The notes under the pieces were generated by a model that was given only the letters and a program-made list of their open reading frames with translations, did not search any database and was not told the DNA's origin. From assembly GCA_964016885.1 (NCBI GenBank), contig OZ024742.1:234236001-234300000 (forward strand): DNA of 64,000 bases. Direction: 5' to 3'. The number at the start of each line of letters is the position of its first letter. Within the stretch, counting starts at the first letter, position 1. Positions 23,349 through 35,745 of this stretch are shown here, piece after piece. The translations under genes were made by a program, and so were the position numbers. The stretch is from Eledone cirrhosa (Eukaryota).

Positions 23349-26300
23349 TACCATCTGGCCTCTGTTAAAGCTGGGCGTGAAAATCGGATTACCTTCCGAA
23401 CACGCCCATGCCTACCACCTCATGTACGTCCAAAGCTCCGTGCTGCAGCTTCCTTGAATCGGAACTCAGCACAACATGAAAGTTTTAGTCTGCGTGATGA
23501 TGAGCAGATCTGGAGGTTTATTAAGGCTGGTGAAACGTGGAAGAGAGATACCAGCTGGTCTGAGTGTGCTCTACCCACAATAACTGGCAATGAAAAAACT
23601 GCTACAACTCTGGGAAACTAAACCAGAACAACCTGCCACTCTCTACACACCATCATAAACTGCAAGCAGGGTACAAATTGTTGTCCTTAAATGCTCGCAG
23701 TTTATGCAACAAGATACATCTGTTCGAATCCTACGTCAGAAGCATCGATCCTGACTTCATCACAGTCACGGAAACATGGGCACATTCCTTACTCTGTGAT
23801 GGGGTTTTCAGCATTACTGGGTACAACCTTTTCCGCAAGGACCGCATTAATCGCCGTGGTGGTGTGATGGTCTACGTTTGTTCAAACTTTTCGGTAATTC
23901 CTTGCGTTGATTTGAACGAATCACAGGAAGAAGTTTTTTTCTGTGACATACGTATGACCATGTCAACACTTCTGCTTGGTGTTGTTTATCGCCCCAAAAA
24001 CTACCATCAGGACACACAGCTTTGCGATATCCTCAGAGTTGCTGCCAAGAAAACAGCCACTTATGTGTTTATTGCAGGTGACTTCAATCATCCTGAGATC
24101 GATTGGGAAACCTTTCGTTGGACACAAGGTGCAAACGATTTCCTTGAACTAGTGCTGGACTCAAACTGGTCACAAGTAGTCACCTCTCCAACAAGAGGTG
24201 ACAACACTTTGGACCTGATCTTCACTACTACTCCTGAAGTGGTTATCAGTTGTACTACTGAGGAACCTCTAGGCGACTCTGATCATGCTATGATCATTGC
24301 CAATCTGGCACTTGCAGGCAGCAACAAAAACCAGAGCCATCTCCAATCTGCTTGCTTTGATTGGAAGAAAGCAGATTGTAACTTGTACTGCACTGAGCTA
24401 CAGCGCCCAAACTGGCATGAGATGTATAACTCTGGAGATGTGAACTCTATACTCCAGAGCATCCTGGACTCAATATAGATAGCGTGTGCAGCATCGGAGC
24501 CATGTAAGCAGAAAAAAAACCACCCCAAAAGTGCAATTTGGGAAACTTCAGCGGTCCGACTTGCCAGGAAAGAACATCGGAACGCTGAACGGGAATATAA
24601 ACTGCATAGATCAGATGCCAACAGAAAAAAGCGGAATAAATCTTCTAACCATCTCAAGCAAGTGACAAAGAAGGCAGTGCTTGAATTTGAACAGTGCATA
24701 GCAACCGATCCTGACAGTAAGGTGTTCTGGAAATATGTTCATTCAAAGCAGAGACCTCACTCTCCAGTTGGTCCTCTTCGCAATGCCCACACAAGCCAGA
24801 TCACTGACGATCCCAAAGAATGCGCAGAACTCATTGCTGAGTGCTATGCAAGTATTTTTACTGTTGGAAACCAGAATGTACCATCTCTAACATCAAATTC
24901 CATAACAACTATGGAATTTACACCTGCAATGTTGCGACGTCACCTTAAGAATAAGCGCAACTATGCCTCCCCTGGTCTTGATGGTGTTACATACCTGCTT
25001 CTCAAACGTGGCGGGTATTTCCTTTTGTGCCAGCTTTCTTTCTTCTTTCAATACTGTCTCAGCAATGGTGCTACTCCGGAGCAGTGGAAAACTGCCAGTG
25101 TCATTCCCCTGTTCAAAAAGGGCGACCGCACGTCACCTGTCAACTATCGTCCAGTCAGTCTTACTAGCTGTATGGCCAAACTGATGGAATCCTGTATCAG
25201 AGAAACACTTTGGAACTTCTGGAGCTCTCACAGCCTCATCCGGCCCTCACAGTTTGGATTTATCCCTAACTCCAGCTGCTGTGATCAGCTTATTGAGTTC
25301 CTTGAAGACATCACCCGGATCACTGACAGCGGCTCATGGGTGGATGTTGTTTACCTTGACTTTGCTAAGGCTTTTAATTCTGTGCCACAAAAGACTTATG
25401 GCAAAACTCTCTGCAATGGGTGTGAGGGATGATCTTTTCGACTGGTTGAAATCCTTCATTCTCAGCCGAAAAGAAGTAGTCACGGTTCTAGAACAGCATT
25501 CTTAACCATATGAGATGTCATCTGGTGTACCACAGGGATCTGTTCTTGGTCCCCTTTTGTTTGTGGCATATATTAATGACATAGATGCCAACTTACAGAA
25601 TGCCACGGTACTAAAATATGCAGATGACATCAAGCTGTACCTTGAAATCAAAAGGACTGATCCTGAAATCTACAACTCTTTCCTACAATCAGACCTGGAC
25701 ACAATGCAGCAATGGATCACAGACTGGCAACTGAAGCTGGCTGTGGACAAGTGTACCACCATGCATTTTGGGAGGAAAAATCCAGCGTCCACATACTCCC
25801 TCCACAACACTGATATCAAGAAGTCCTCTTGTGAACGTGACCTGGGCATTACTGTCAGCAGCGATTTGCGTTGGACAAAGCATGTCTCTAAGATCGTCAA
25901 GAAGGCCGAGGGTGTCTTGGCATCACTCAGCAAGACCTTTGTTAGCTGCTCTCCAGCCATCTATTTAAAACTGTATACAGCTATGGTATGACCACACTTG
26001 GAATTCGCATCATCAGTCTGGAACCCCTATCTTGCTCAGAACATTGACCTCCTGGAAACTGTTCAGAGACGTGCAACCAAGCGCATACCCTCCATCAGAC
26101 ACCTACCATACTCTGAACGCCTTGCTTCCCTGGGCATGGATTCATTGAAGCTCCGACGTCTGGCAATGGACTTGGTAAACACCCACAAAGTTATTAACCA
26201 TCTCGCCAACAACAACCCTGAGCACCTTTTTGATCTCCATATGTCTAACACACGTGGACATGCCTACAAGATCAGAAAACAGCACAGCTCCCATGACTTT

Positions 26301-26585
26301 CGTAGACATTTTTTCACGCTCAGAGTTGCTGAAGCATGGAACACACTGCCTGCGTCAATCGTTAGCTGTCGAGACACTGCAGTCTTTAAGACACTCATGC
26401 TTCCCGAAATACGCCAAAACTACACCTGATGTACCCCTTCCATACACATGCACACGTGTGTATCATGACTCATGCACTGTTCATTTTCCTGATGTCTGTA
26501 CATTACCCTATGTACTATACATACACTTTTTGATTAGTTGTAGTGCACCTGAGCACTGTACACAATATTTCATTATTATTATTAT
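23349..26585 (+). mobile_element. CR1-like LINE copy 2: end of ORF1 plus full-length but disrupted ORF2
   Basis: Open frame 23352-23621 ending LGN*; ORF2 LNARSLCNK...VTETW...GDFN...YADD; stops at about 24476, 25503 and 25989 and a frameshift near 25390; (ATT)n tail. Closely similar to 6097-8810. Confidence 0.93.
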
Positions 26586-26794
26586 ATAATTATAAACTTC
26601 GACTGATTGTCACGTTGGAACTGGGATGCCTCCAGAGAAAGGAGTAGGATGCATGAATATTAACAATTAAAATTATGCGAAATTTCAAATAGCAATGGAA
26701 TAAAATTTGAGAATTTCATGATCTAATATGAAAACATTTCAGAAACTTTTGTTTATTATGTATTTGTTCATTCAATTTTTGTTTACTGTTGCAG

Positions 26795-26836
26795 TGTTAA
26801 AGAGGCACATAGCATTTTTTTAAAAGATATTCCAAA
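26795..26836 (+). CDS. PHF24: PHF24-like candidate 42-nt exon 6
   Basis: T-rich tract and TTGCAG acceptor; (N)VKEAHSIFLKDIP(K); donor AA|GTAAGT; phase 2/2 fits both neighbouring exons. Confidence 0.6.
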
Positions 26837-26949
26837 GTAAGTTTTATAAATTTTATAACATTGGAAAAAAAAAAAAAAATTTTATTGTAAACCCATTTGA
26901 TACCAAACCACCTGAAACTGCCCTCGTTCTATTATACAAAACCGTTTAT

Positions 26950-28119
26950 CTATCTATCTATATCTATATATTACTAAAATTCTGTGATTTCTTGCTTGCT
27001 TGTCAGTAATGTAATACAGCCAAAATGGTGCATAATGGGAAAATATTTTGAAAGGAAGTTGACCCTGAAACGGGAATACAAATGGAATAAAACAAGTTTT
27101 GTGTAAATCGGAGCACGTGTTCCCAAGATATGGGTTTTTTCCGGGTACCTTCATAATAAATATAGAGAGAAAGATAGAGAAAAAAGGTAGTGGTTGTGAG
27201 AGAGTAGATTGAAAGTGAGACATAGAGAGAGAGAGAAGGAGAATGGAAGAGAGAGCTGGTGGTGTTGTTGTGTATATGTGAATGTGTGTATATATATATA
27301 TACATACATACATATATGTGTGTGTGTGTGTCTATGACTAGTATAAAATAGATCACAGACACCCACATATATATACACACACGTACATATATATATATGT
27401 ATACACACACACACATTTATATATATATATATATATCCATACACGTATATATGTATATATGGGTCTTCCAGTTTCATATCACACTATATACATGTCTGTG
27501 TATATTTTAATTATTTAAAAATTATTTTTAAGCAAACATGATTTTTTAAAAATATTTTGAAGTGAACGTGACCCAACAGGTGGTCTAGTATACTACTAAA
27601 ACTCTGTGATTGCTTGCTTGTCTGTAATGTAATACAGCCAAAAGGGCACATAATGGGAAAATATTTTGAAAGGAAGCTGACCCTGTAATGGGAATACAAA
27701 TGGAATAAAACAAGTTTCATGTAAATCGGAGAACGAGTTCCTGAGATATGGGGTTTTTCCGGGTACCTTCATAAACAGAGAGAGAGAGAAAGATAGAGTG
27801 GAAGAGATAGCAGTTGTCACAGAGTAGATTGAAAGAGAGACATAGGGAGAGGAGACAGAGAAGGAGAATGGAAGAGAGAGAGAGCTGATGATGTTGTGTA
27901 TATATATATATATGTGTGTGTGTCTATAACCAGTACATATAGATCACAGACACCCACGTATATATATATGTATATACACACACACATTTATATATATAGA
28001 GAGAGAGAGATATGGGCCTTCCAGTTTCATATCACATTATATACATTATTTTTAAGTGAACATGATTTTTTTTTTATATTTTGAAGTGAACGTGACTCAA
28101 CAGGTCATGGGTGGTCTAG
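26950..28119 (+). mobile_element. Head-to-tail tandem of two Helitron-like non-autonomous units (about 26950-27588 and 27589-28119)
   Basis: Both units share TACTAAAA.TCTGTGATT.CTTGCTTG... and internal GA/TA/CA microsatellites, and both end GGTCTAG followed by T. Subterminal hairpin CGTGAC...GTCATG at 28091-28108. Confidence 0.75.
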
Positions 28120-30049
28120 TATTTATTTAAAAACCTCTTGTCATAATTTTATACAAGAACCTTTTTGTTAAGTTAGATTCCAAACACCAAATTAATAATG
28201 AAAAACTTATATTACTAAATCCATAGAAATGCATGATTATAGATAACTAAGCTACACCAATGATTTGTTGTGACAACATCCATAGAATTTATAACTCTCT
28301 CTTCTTTCCATGAATATTTTATTGCTATTAAAAAACATGGGGTCTTTCATTAGAAATATAGTAACAAAAGGTTTAAAACTAAAATATCAAGTTTCTTGGG
28401 AACAAACACCAAATAGAATTATTTCCTTCACTAACTACTATTGCACTGTACATAAAAGGTTTAATTGACATATATAATGATGTGACAAAACGCACCCAGT
28501 CCACTCTGTAAGGTTTTTGGCATTAGGAAGGGCATCCATCCATAGAAAACCAAACCAAAAATCGATCATATGAGCAAGATGTGGTCACTTGACTTGTCTA
28601 GCCTAGCCTCATAAAATGACAGCCAGTTTAACCCATGCAAATATGGAAAATAAACATTAAAAGGTGGTGAAACTAGCAAAATTGTGAGGACCCGGGCAAA
28701 ATGCCTTGTGATATTTAGTTGTAGCACTTTCAGTTCTGAGTTCAAAATCTCAGCATGGTCAACTTTGCTTTTCACTCTCCCAGATTGATGATATAAAGTA
28801 TCAGCCAGGTATTGGGGTTGATTTATATTCCTATAATGCATCCTAGATGTGAATGGTATTATAATAGAAAATAGATTGTTACACTAGAAATTTCGTGCAA
28901 ATAAAGGATATTGTATTATGTAACATTTCATGTTATCATGTTTAACTTCAAAATGACCATGTTTAAGCTATGAGCAAATATGTTCAAGTCATAGCAATTC
29001 TGTCTATTTTATGGGGAAAAATGTACCTGGATAACATATTCTAATGCTTCCTTTTTTAAACAATAGGATTAATAATTTAGATAACTGAAAGAAATGCTTT
29101 AGATTCTTCTTTCATAGTTAAATGAAAAATTGTTTAATAAAATATACATACAGAAGTAAGTTAATAGCAATAAAATACACATGGAAAGAAAATAGAGTTA
29201 TAAATTCTGTGGATGTTGTCACAACAAACCATTGGTGTAGCTTAGTTATTAGATAATACAGATTTTTAATTTAGGCACAAGCCCAGCAAATCTGGAGTAA
29301 GGACATGGTACTTTATTTTATCAAATCCAGAAGGACGAAAGGCAAAGTTGACCTAAATGAGGTTTGAACAGAATATAATTTAGCTTCCAGTTAGATTAGC
29401 TTATTCAGTGACAATTAATAAAGCACAAGGTCAAACATTTAATAAGATCAATAAGTTTTTTCCAAAGACACTGGACATATTTGACATTTAGAATTTATTT
29501 GCTTTTCTTATGAAACTCAAATAGATATCACATTTTATATGATGTTGCATTCTCCATGGGTGGGAAATTAACTGTTTTTGTTAGGGTAAATTAATACCAA
29601 TAAATAAGGAAAACCTTGCTAACAAGAAAAGCAAATGTCAAATGATGATGATGATAAAAAACTATTATTAAAGCTCTGTATATAAAGATTAATAGTATAA
29701 ATAATGATCATGATGATTAAAAATATAAATGATTCAAATGATACAATGATAAAATAGCAGATATATCAGTGTAATTATTGTCTTAGTTGTCAACAACTAT
29801 GGAGTTTACATGTATCTAGCTAGTATAATATATATTAGAGATTATCACAGAAAATTTAATGGAAAAATAAAAAAAAAATATTTATCAAAAAATGCCCAGT
29901 GACTATGGTGCCTAATCTGTATTTACAAACTCATTAATATAACAGAATAAGTTTGTTTGCAATACTTTCTAATTGACCATTACATATATTGTATTACTTT
30001 TTCTTGCATATTTTTTTAATTCTAAACAGAGTTTTTCTTTTTCTTATAG

Positions 30050-30167
30050 AACAATCACATGGCACGAGTTTATAAATAAATATGCTCTCTCTGTCATTGC
30101 TGCTCGGACCAATAATTATGGCTATATTTACACTGAAGACTATGTTAATTGTGTAGACAGCCCTTAA
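30050..30167 (+). CDS. PHF24: PHF24-like last coding exon
   Basis: TTCTTATAG acceptor, phase 2; TITWHEFINKYALSVIAARTN resembles the PHF24 C-terminal W..F......ILAARPN motif; TAA at 30165-30167; AATAAA near 30204. Confidence 0.87.
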
Positions 30168-32427
30168 GAGATGTCATCCAACATTAATGGAAATAGTGAA
30201 AGCAATAAATGAATTTTACGAATATTTTTGTTATTTAAAGAACATTTATACTTAAAAAAGGAATTAGAATATAATTTGATAAGTTATAAATTAAAAAAAA
30301 TAACTCTCTTTAAGACTATGAATGTGTTTTGTGCTAAAATTTGCTAGTTTGATTAAATTGGAGAAAACAAAATGATTTGTTTTGAAATATGGAATATTTA
30401 CAAAGAATAATGCTAAATCCAACCCATATCCTTCTCTTATGCTAAAATACATGCCTTCAATTGCAAATTTGATCTCATTTGCCACCAACGCACAATTTTT
30501 ATATGAATTTTAATCCTGGTTCAAAAATATCTGTTGTTATAGCCAATCTGGCCAAGCTACTCTGGATAAACATATTAATATTGTTTTATATAAATTCTAT
30601 TAGCCACTCACTTCTTTCACCTGGAAATCAACAAACAACTTCCTGGCTGAATATTTCCTATATATTCTATCAGGTATTTATAATGCTATATTAAACCACC
30701 ACCAATTGTTTTAACACACTTCACTCAGCATTCACTTATTTCTGAAATAGTTGTACTTTATAATTTTCAACACTTACAACTCTTGGCTTTCATAATCTTT
30801 TTATACTGACCATCTGGTCTAGAAGCTAAAGCAATTGCTATTATGTTGAATGTAAACTGGCTATCCTCTCTTATAAGTATCCATTATCAACACGATCAAA
30901 GAGTGATGAACTGGCAGAGCTACTACAGCATTGGATAGAATGACTTGTAGAATTTGTTCCAGTTCTCTGTGCTTTGAGTTGAAATCTCACTGAAGTTGTC
31001 TTTGCCTTTCATTCCTTCAGAGTCAATAAAGTACTAGTGAAGTGCTGGAGTCATTTCTTTCTTAATCACCCCCACTAGTCCTGTCACTAAAACTCTATGG
31101 ATTTTTCTAATAGTTTGTGGAGTATATTGAGTGGTAAGCCTAATATGCCATTCGATTTAACATCAATATTAAATAAATGGCAGAGTTAATCCTACTATCC
31201 CTCATAAGAAATGAACCAGGAGAAATATAAGCTGGTTTAATCATCCTTATGGATACCCGATCTTATATTCCAAGAACTTTTTCATATTTTATATAAAAAT
31301 TTCCTTCTTCAACACTACCACTATTTAATGTCCAGAGTTGCATAAGTGGGCAGGTTTCCTCCATCACAGCATGTCACCATTCATTGCAATCCTTTGTCAT
31401 CTTCCTGAGCTTCAACACGTTCAGATGAGCCTTTAAAGACTTATTTTTTCAAAATTAAAATGTTTGAATTAAAATTTCAAATAAATGGAAAATGACAATG
31501 TCAAATTTAGTTTACTTTGTATTTTTATTTTCATGCTATTAGTGATATGACTATGTTGATTTAATTTGAGTGAAGATGTTATTGCCCATAATTTAGATAT
31601 GTTCTTAGTTTGAACCCAGTCCACTACTATATAAATATCCAGGAATAAGACACCTGATGAAGATCGGAAATCAAACCTATGATCAGACATTCCAGCTGTG
31701 ACCAGTTAATCTTTACTTTTTGTATTATCAGTAAACAAATATAAATAAATTCATTCAGAGCTGTAAATAAAAGAAAACCCTACTAAAACTGAATTTACAA
31801 TAGAAATAAAGAAATCATATTTTAGAAAAGACAACATGAATTGATATCTTATAGCTTTATTTAACAATTATATTTCAATAATTTAACTTTAATAATAATA
31901 ACAGCAGGTGCAACAGTTTATTTCAGTTATGAGATAATATACTGGTTTTGATAATATTTTATTAGTCCATATAAACATCAGCTATTTGGATGGTAAGACA
32001 GGAATTTTCATTTACAGTAAAGGGGTTGTTCTATAAAATCTCATCTCGAAAATATTTATAAATGCTTTTAGTAAAACATTGTCTAGAAACTTGTTCCTGG
32101 AATACACAAATATGAAGAAAAAAAGTGAAGCATGGAGAAGGAACTTTTACCTTCTTTTCCTCTATAGGATTGATCTTTTCTAGTAGTGTTCTCACCAAAA
32201 GGAAACAGCCCATGACACAATATAAAAGCTGTTCATCTTCCTGCAATTTTTTGTACACTTTATAACTAGAACACCAAGCTATGTCTTATTCATAATATAT
32301 CTAATAGTTGTCATAAAGAACTAATTTTTGTGATATATACATGAAATGACAAAAGTGTTCATAAACATTCTGTTATTACTGAAATTAAGTATTTTACTGC
32401 ATATATATACTTATAGTAAATATTTTA

Positions 32428-34059
32428 CTACATATATTTTTGTAGTAAGGTTTGTCTTCTGATATGTATCTGTGAATGAGCAGTCAGATTACCCTTTTGA
32501 GAGAATGTTTTACCACAGATATCACAATGGTGTGGTTTATACCCTGTATGTTTCCGTTTATGATTATATAAGTGAGCATTCTGTGAGAATGTTTTACCGC
32601 AAATATCACATTTGTATGGTCTTTCTCCTGTGTGTATACGTTTGTGACAAGTTAGATTACCCCTTTGAGAGAATGTTTTACCACAGATATCACAGTGGTA
32701 TGGCCTGTCTCCTGTGTGAACACGTTTATGACAAGATAGTTCGCTACTTACAGAGAATGCTTTGCTACAAATATCACATTGATATGGTTTTTCTCCTGTA
32801 TGAATACGTTTGTGACAAATTAAACTACCACTTTTAGAGAATGTTTTACCACAAATGTCACAGTGGTATGGCCTGTCACCTGTGTGGACACGTATATGAC
32901 TGGATAACTCACCATTCTGAGCAAATGTTTTACCACAAATATCACAACGGTATGGTCTCTCTCCAGTATGAATACGACTGTGACGAGATAAATGAGCATT
33001 CATTGAGAATGTTTTACCACAGACATCACAGTGATATGCCCCACTTTCTGCATGGGTTTGTTTGTGACAAGTTAACTGATTAGTAAGAGAGAATGTTTTA
33101 CCACAAATATCACAGCAGTGAGGTTTCACACCTGTATGGAGGTGTTTGTGACAAATTAATTCATTCTTTTGGGAGAATGCTTTACTGCAAACATCACAAT
33201 GGTATGGTTTCTCTCCAGTGTGAGTACGTTTGTGACTAGATAAGCTACCACTTGCAGGGAATGTTTTGCCACAGATTTCACAGTGGTATGGTCTATCACC
33301 AGTGTGGATACGTTTGTGACGAGATAAACTACCACTTATAGAGAATGTCTTACCACAGATATCACAGTGATATGGTCTGTCTCCTGTATGTCTTCTTTTA
33401 TGACTATTTAAATTACTACTCTGAGAGAATTTTTTATCGCAGATATCACAGTGATATGGCTTGTCTCCAGTATGTTTTCGTTTGTGACGAACTAGTTCAC
33501 CACTGCAAGTGAATCTTTTATTACAAACGTCACAAGGGTATGGTTTCTCTCCTGTGTGAGTACGTTTATGAGCTGTTAAATTTCCACTTGCAGAAAATGT
33601 TTTGCCACAGATATTACAATGAAAAGGTTCTTCACCAGTGTGAATACGTTTGTGAGAATATAATGTACTATTCGATGTAAAGGTTTTACCACAGATACCA
33701 CAGTGGTATGGTTTCTCTCCTGTGTGAATACGTTTATGAGAAGTCAAAGAACTATTAGTAGAGAACCTTTTGCCACAGATTTCACAAGGATAAGGTCTTG
33801 AACCTGTGTGAATTAATTTATGTTGAATTAAATTACTTACTCTTGCAAATGTCTTTGAACAAATGTCACAACGGTATGGCTTCTCCCCTGTATGAGTACG
33901 TTTATGTTCAATAAGATGGTTGCTTCTTATAAACATCTTTCCACAGATATCACAGGCATATTCTCTCTCTTTCAAACTTTTCTGTGTACCATGAGATAAT
34001 TTCCCCTTCTTATATTCAGTTTCCTTATGAACTTGACTCTCATAGAGTTTATTTGCCAT
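32428..34059 (-). CDS. C2H2 zinc-finger protein, 18 tandem fingers, 543 aa, single coding exon
   Basis: Intact ORF of CxxC-12-HxxxH units with TGEKPY/TGDRPY linkers; about 33-aa leader with no recognisable effector domain. Confidence 0.95.
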   Translation of the reverse strand: MANKLYESQVHKETEYKKGKLSHGTQKSLKEREYACDICGKMFIRSNHLIEHKRTHTGEKPYRCDICSKTFARVSNLIQHKLIHTGSRPYPCEICGKRFSTNSSLTSHKRIHTGEKPYHCGICGKTFTSNSTLYSHKRIHTGEEPFHCNICGKTFSASGNLTAHKRTHTGEKPYPCDVCNKRFTCSGELVRHKRKHTGDKPYHCDICDKKFSQSSNLNSHKRRHTGDRPYHCDICGKTFSISGSLSRHKRIHTGDRPYHCEICGKTFPASGSLSSHKRTHTGEKPYHCDVCSKAFSQKNELICHKHLHTGVKPHCCDICGKTFSLTNQLTCHKQTHAESGAYHCDVCGKTFSMNAHLSRHSRIHTGERPYRCDICGKTFAQNGELSSHIRVHTGDRPYHCDICGKTFSKSGSLICHKRIHTGEKPYQCDICSKAFSVSSELSCHKRVHTGDRPYHCDICGKTFSQRGNLTCHKRIHTGERPYKCDICGKTFSQNAHLYNHKRKHTGYKPHHCDICGKTFSQKGNLTAHSQIHIRRQTLLQKYM

Positions 34060-35439
34060 AATTTACACTGTTGTTCACAAAATGCAATTACTTACATCTT
34101 TTTGGATTACTTAAATGGTCAATATTCATTGAAAATTCAACAAATGCTAGATGTCAGACCAAATTTTCTCAAATAGTAAACATTTACATTGACAAAGTCA
34201 GGTGTTGGTTCAATAAAAAATCAGAAGGTAAAGGATGACTAAATTATCTCCAGTTATCAACATCAGATACAAAACATCAAAAATATGTGTTAGTCTCTTC
34301 CACACTAGCAACCAAGTTGTGATTAGGCCCAGATTCTAAAGTGATAAGTGGGCAAAAGACGACATATCCCCACCTGAAACACTAGACTACTTAAACACCT
34401 AATACTAATTTTCTAGCTAAACATCAGGTGAGTAAAATTAAATATTTTGCCAAAGAACATAATAAAATGCCAAGATATAAATTCACCATCCAAGAGCAGG
34501 TCTAACACCATATATAAGCTATTTTACCTCAGACAAAATCTAATTGAATATTTTAGAAAATTTCTTAGGTGATAGAAAACCATTAAAAAAACAAGATCTA
34601 ATCATCATCACCATTTTACATCTATTTTCTACACTTGTATGGGGTAGATGGGCTATCACAGAGGCTAGATAAGCAGGTCAGATGACTGTGTCTTGCTTAT
34701 ATGTTCTATTGTGGCATGGTTCTACAGCTGGCTGCCCTTCTTAAAGTTAACAACTTCACAGCATGTACCAGGTTGTTTTCTCATGGTACCAGCACTATCA
34801 CCTGACAGGGTGGACTAGGTGTTTTTTTTTATGGCACCAACACTACTGCTGCAAGAAATATTTCACAGCAATTTCATCAAGATTTTCATGTGACATGGAC
34901 ACATATGTTTTAGATAATGTTGTTCTTTAGTTTTTAAAGTGTGCTGTGTCATCTTTAGGTGAGAAATTCACATCCCAATGTCACCCAATATTCTGAAATG
35001 AAAAGAAACAATATAAGATATAAAAGGAAACAGAAATGTTATTGGAGAGAACAGAACAGAATTAAAACTGATATGAAAAGTTAGGATTGCAAGAATGAGA
35101 CTGAATGACAATGGTATGGACATGTGATGGAAATGGATGAGAACTAGCAGCATTATAAGACTGTTTGGCAGTATCGGTAGAGGGTCGAACACCATGTTTT
35201 GCAGTATAGAGTTACAGCCCTTTATGTTCGGAGTTCAAATCCCGTCGAGTTTAACTTTGCTTTTCAATCTTACGGGGTCGATAAAATAAAGCACCAGTAA
35301 TGCACTGGGATAACTGCTGGCCTTGTGCCAATTATAAGACTGTTACATAGTCCTAATAACAGAGTTATTTTGATCATATAATAGTTCAACAATGTGTGTT
35401 CTCATTCACCATGCAGCCTCGGCAAAGAAACTGCATGTA

Positions 35440-35745
35440 TAATTTCTTGGCCATTATACTAAGATCGGAGATCAGAGAGTTGCTACTTCTCTGAATTGAG
35501 AGATCACAGCTCCGATACTACGTTCATCTGGTTAGAATGTCTCAGGAAAGATAAAACCAGCTAGCAGGAGACCCAGGCATAGTCCTCGAACAAGATGGCT
35601 GGATAACATCCATGAGCTCATTGGTCTCGCTTGGAGATCCAGTTGGATCTGACAGAACCTGCTGGGAGGAGTATTTGAGGACTCTGCCCCCACGACGCTC
35701 CCAGGAATGGGGAGGAGGGGGAGGAGAAGAAGAAGAAGAAGAGGT
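35440..35745 (+). mobile_element. 3' end of an RTE-like LINE with (GAA)n tail; related pieces at about 50715-50900(+) and 54865-55050(-)
   Basis: Encodes a GRP...RWLDNI-like C-terminus followed by a GAAGAA tail. Confidence 0.65.

Noticed and set aside
19862-26665. TGTTA...TAACA as the outer LTR ends of the second Gypsy element
   Set aside because: No target duplication and no visible similarity between the two ends.
31653-31705. CTGATGA motif as a hammerhead ribozyme or C/D snoRNA
   Set aside because: No correctly placed stem II-GAAA-stem III; the context resembles a common dispersed repeat tail.
32472-33083. Plus-strand ORFs with repeated MFYH motifs
   Set aside because: Antisense shadow of the zinc-finger codons.
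32428-34059. Regular 84-bp periodic repeats (also at 49390-50560) resembling a CRISPR-like array
   Set aside because: The period equals one 28-codon C2H2 finger in an intact ORF; there are no cas genes and the context is eukaryotic.
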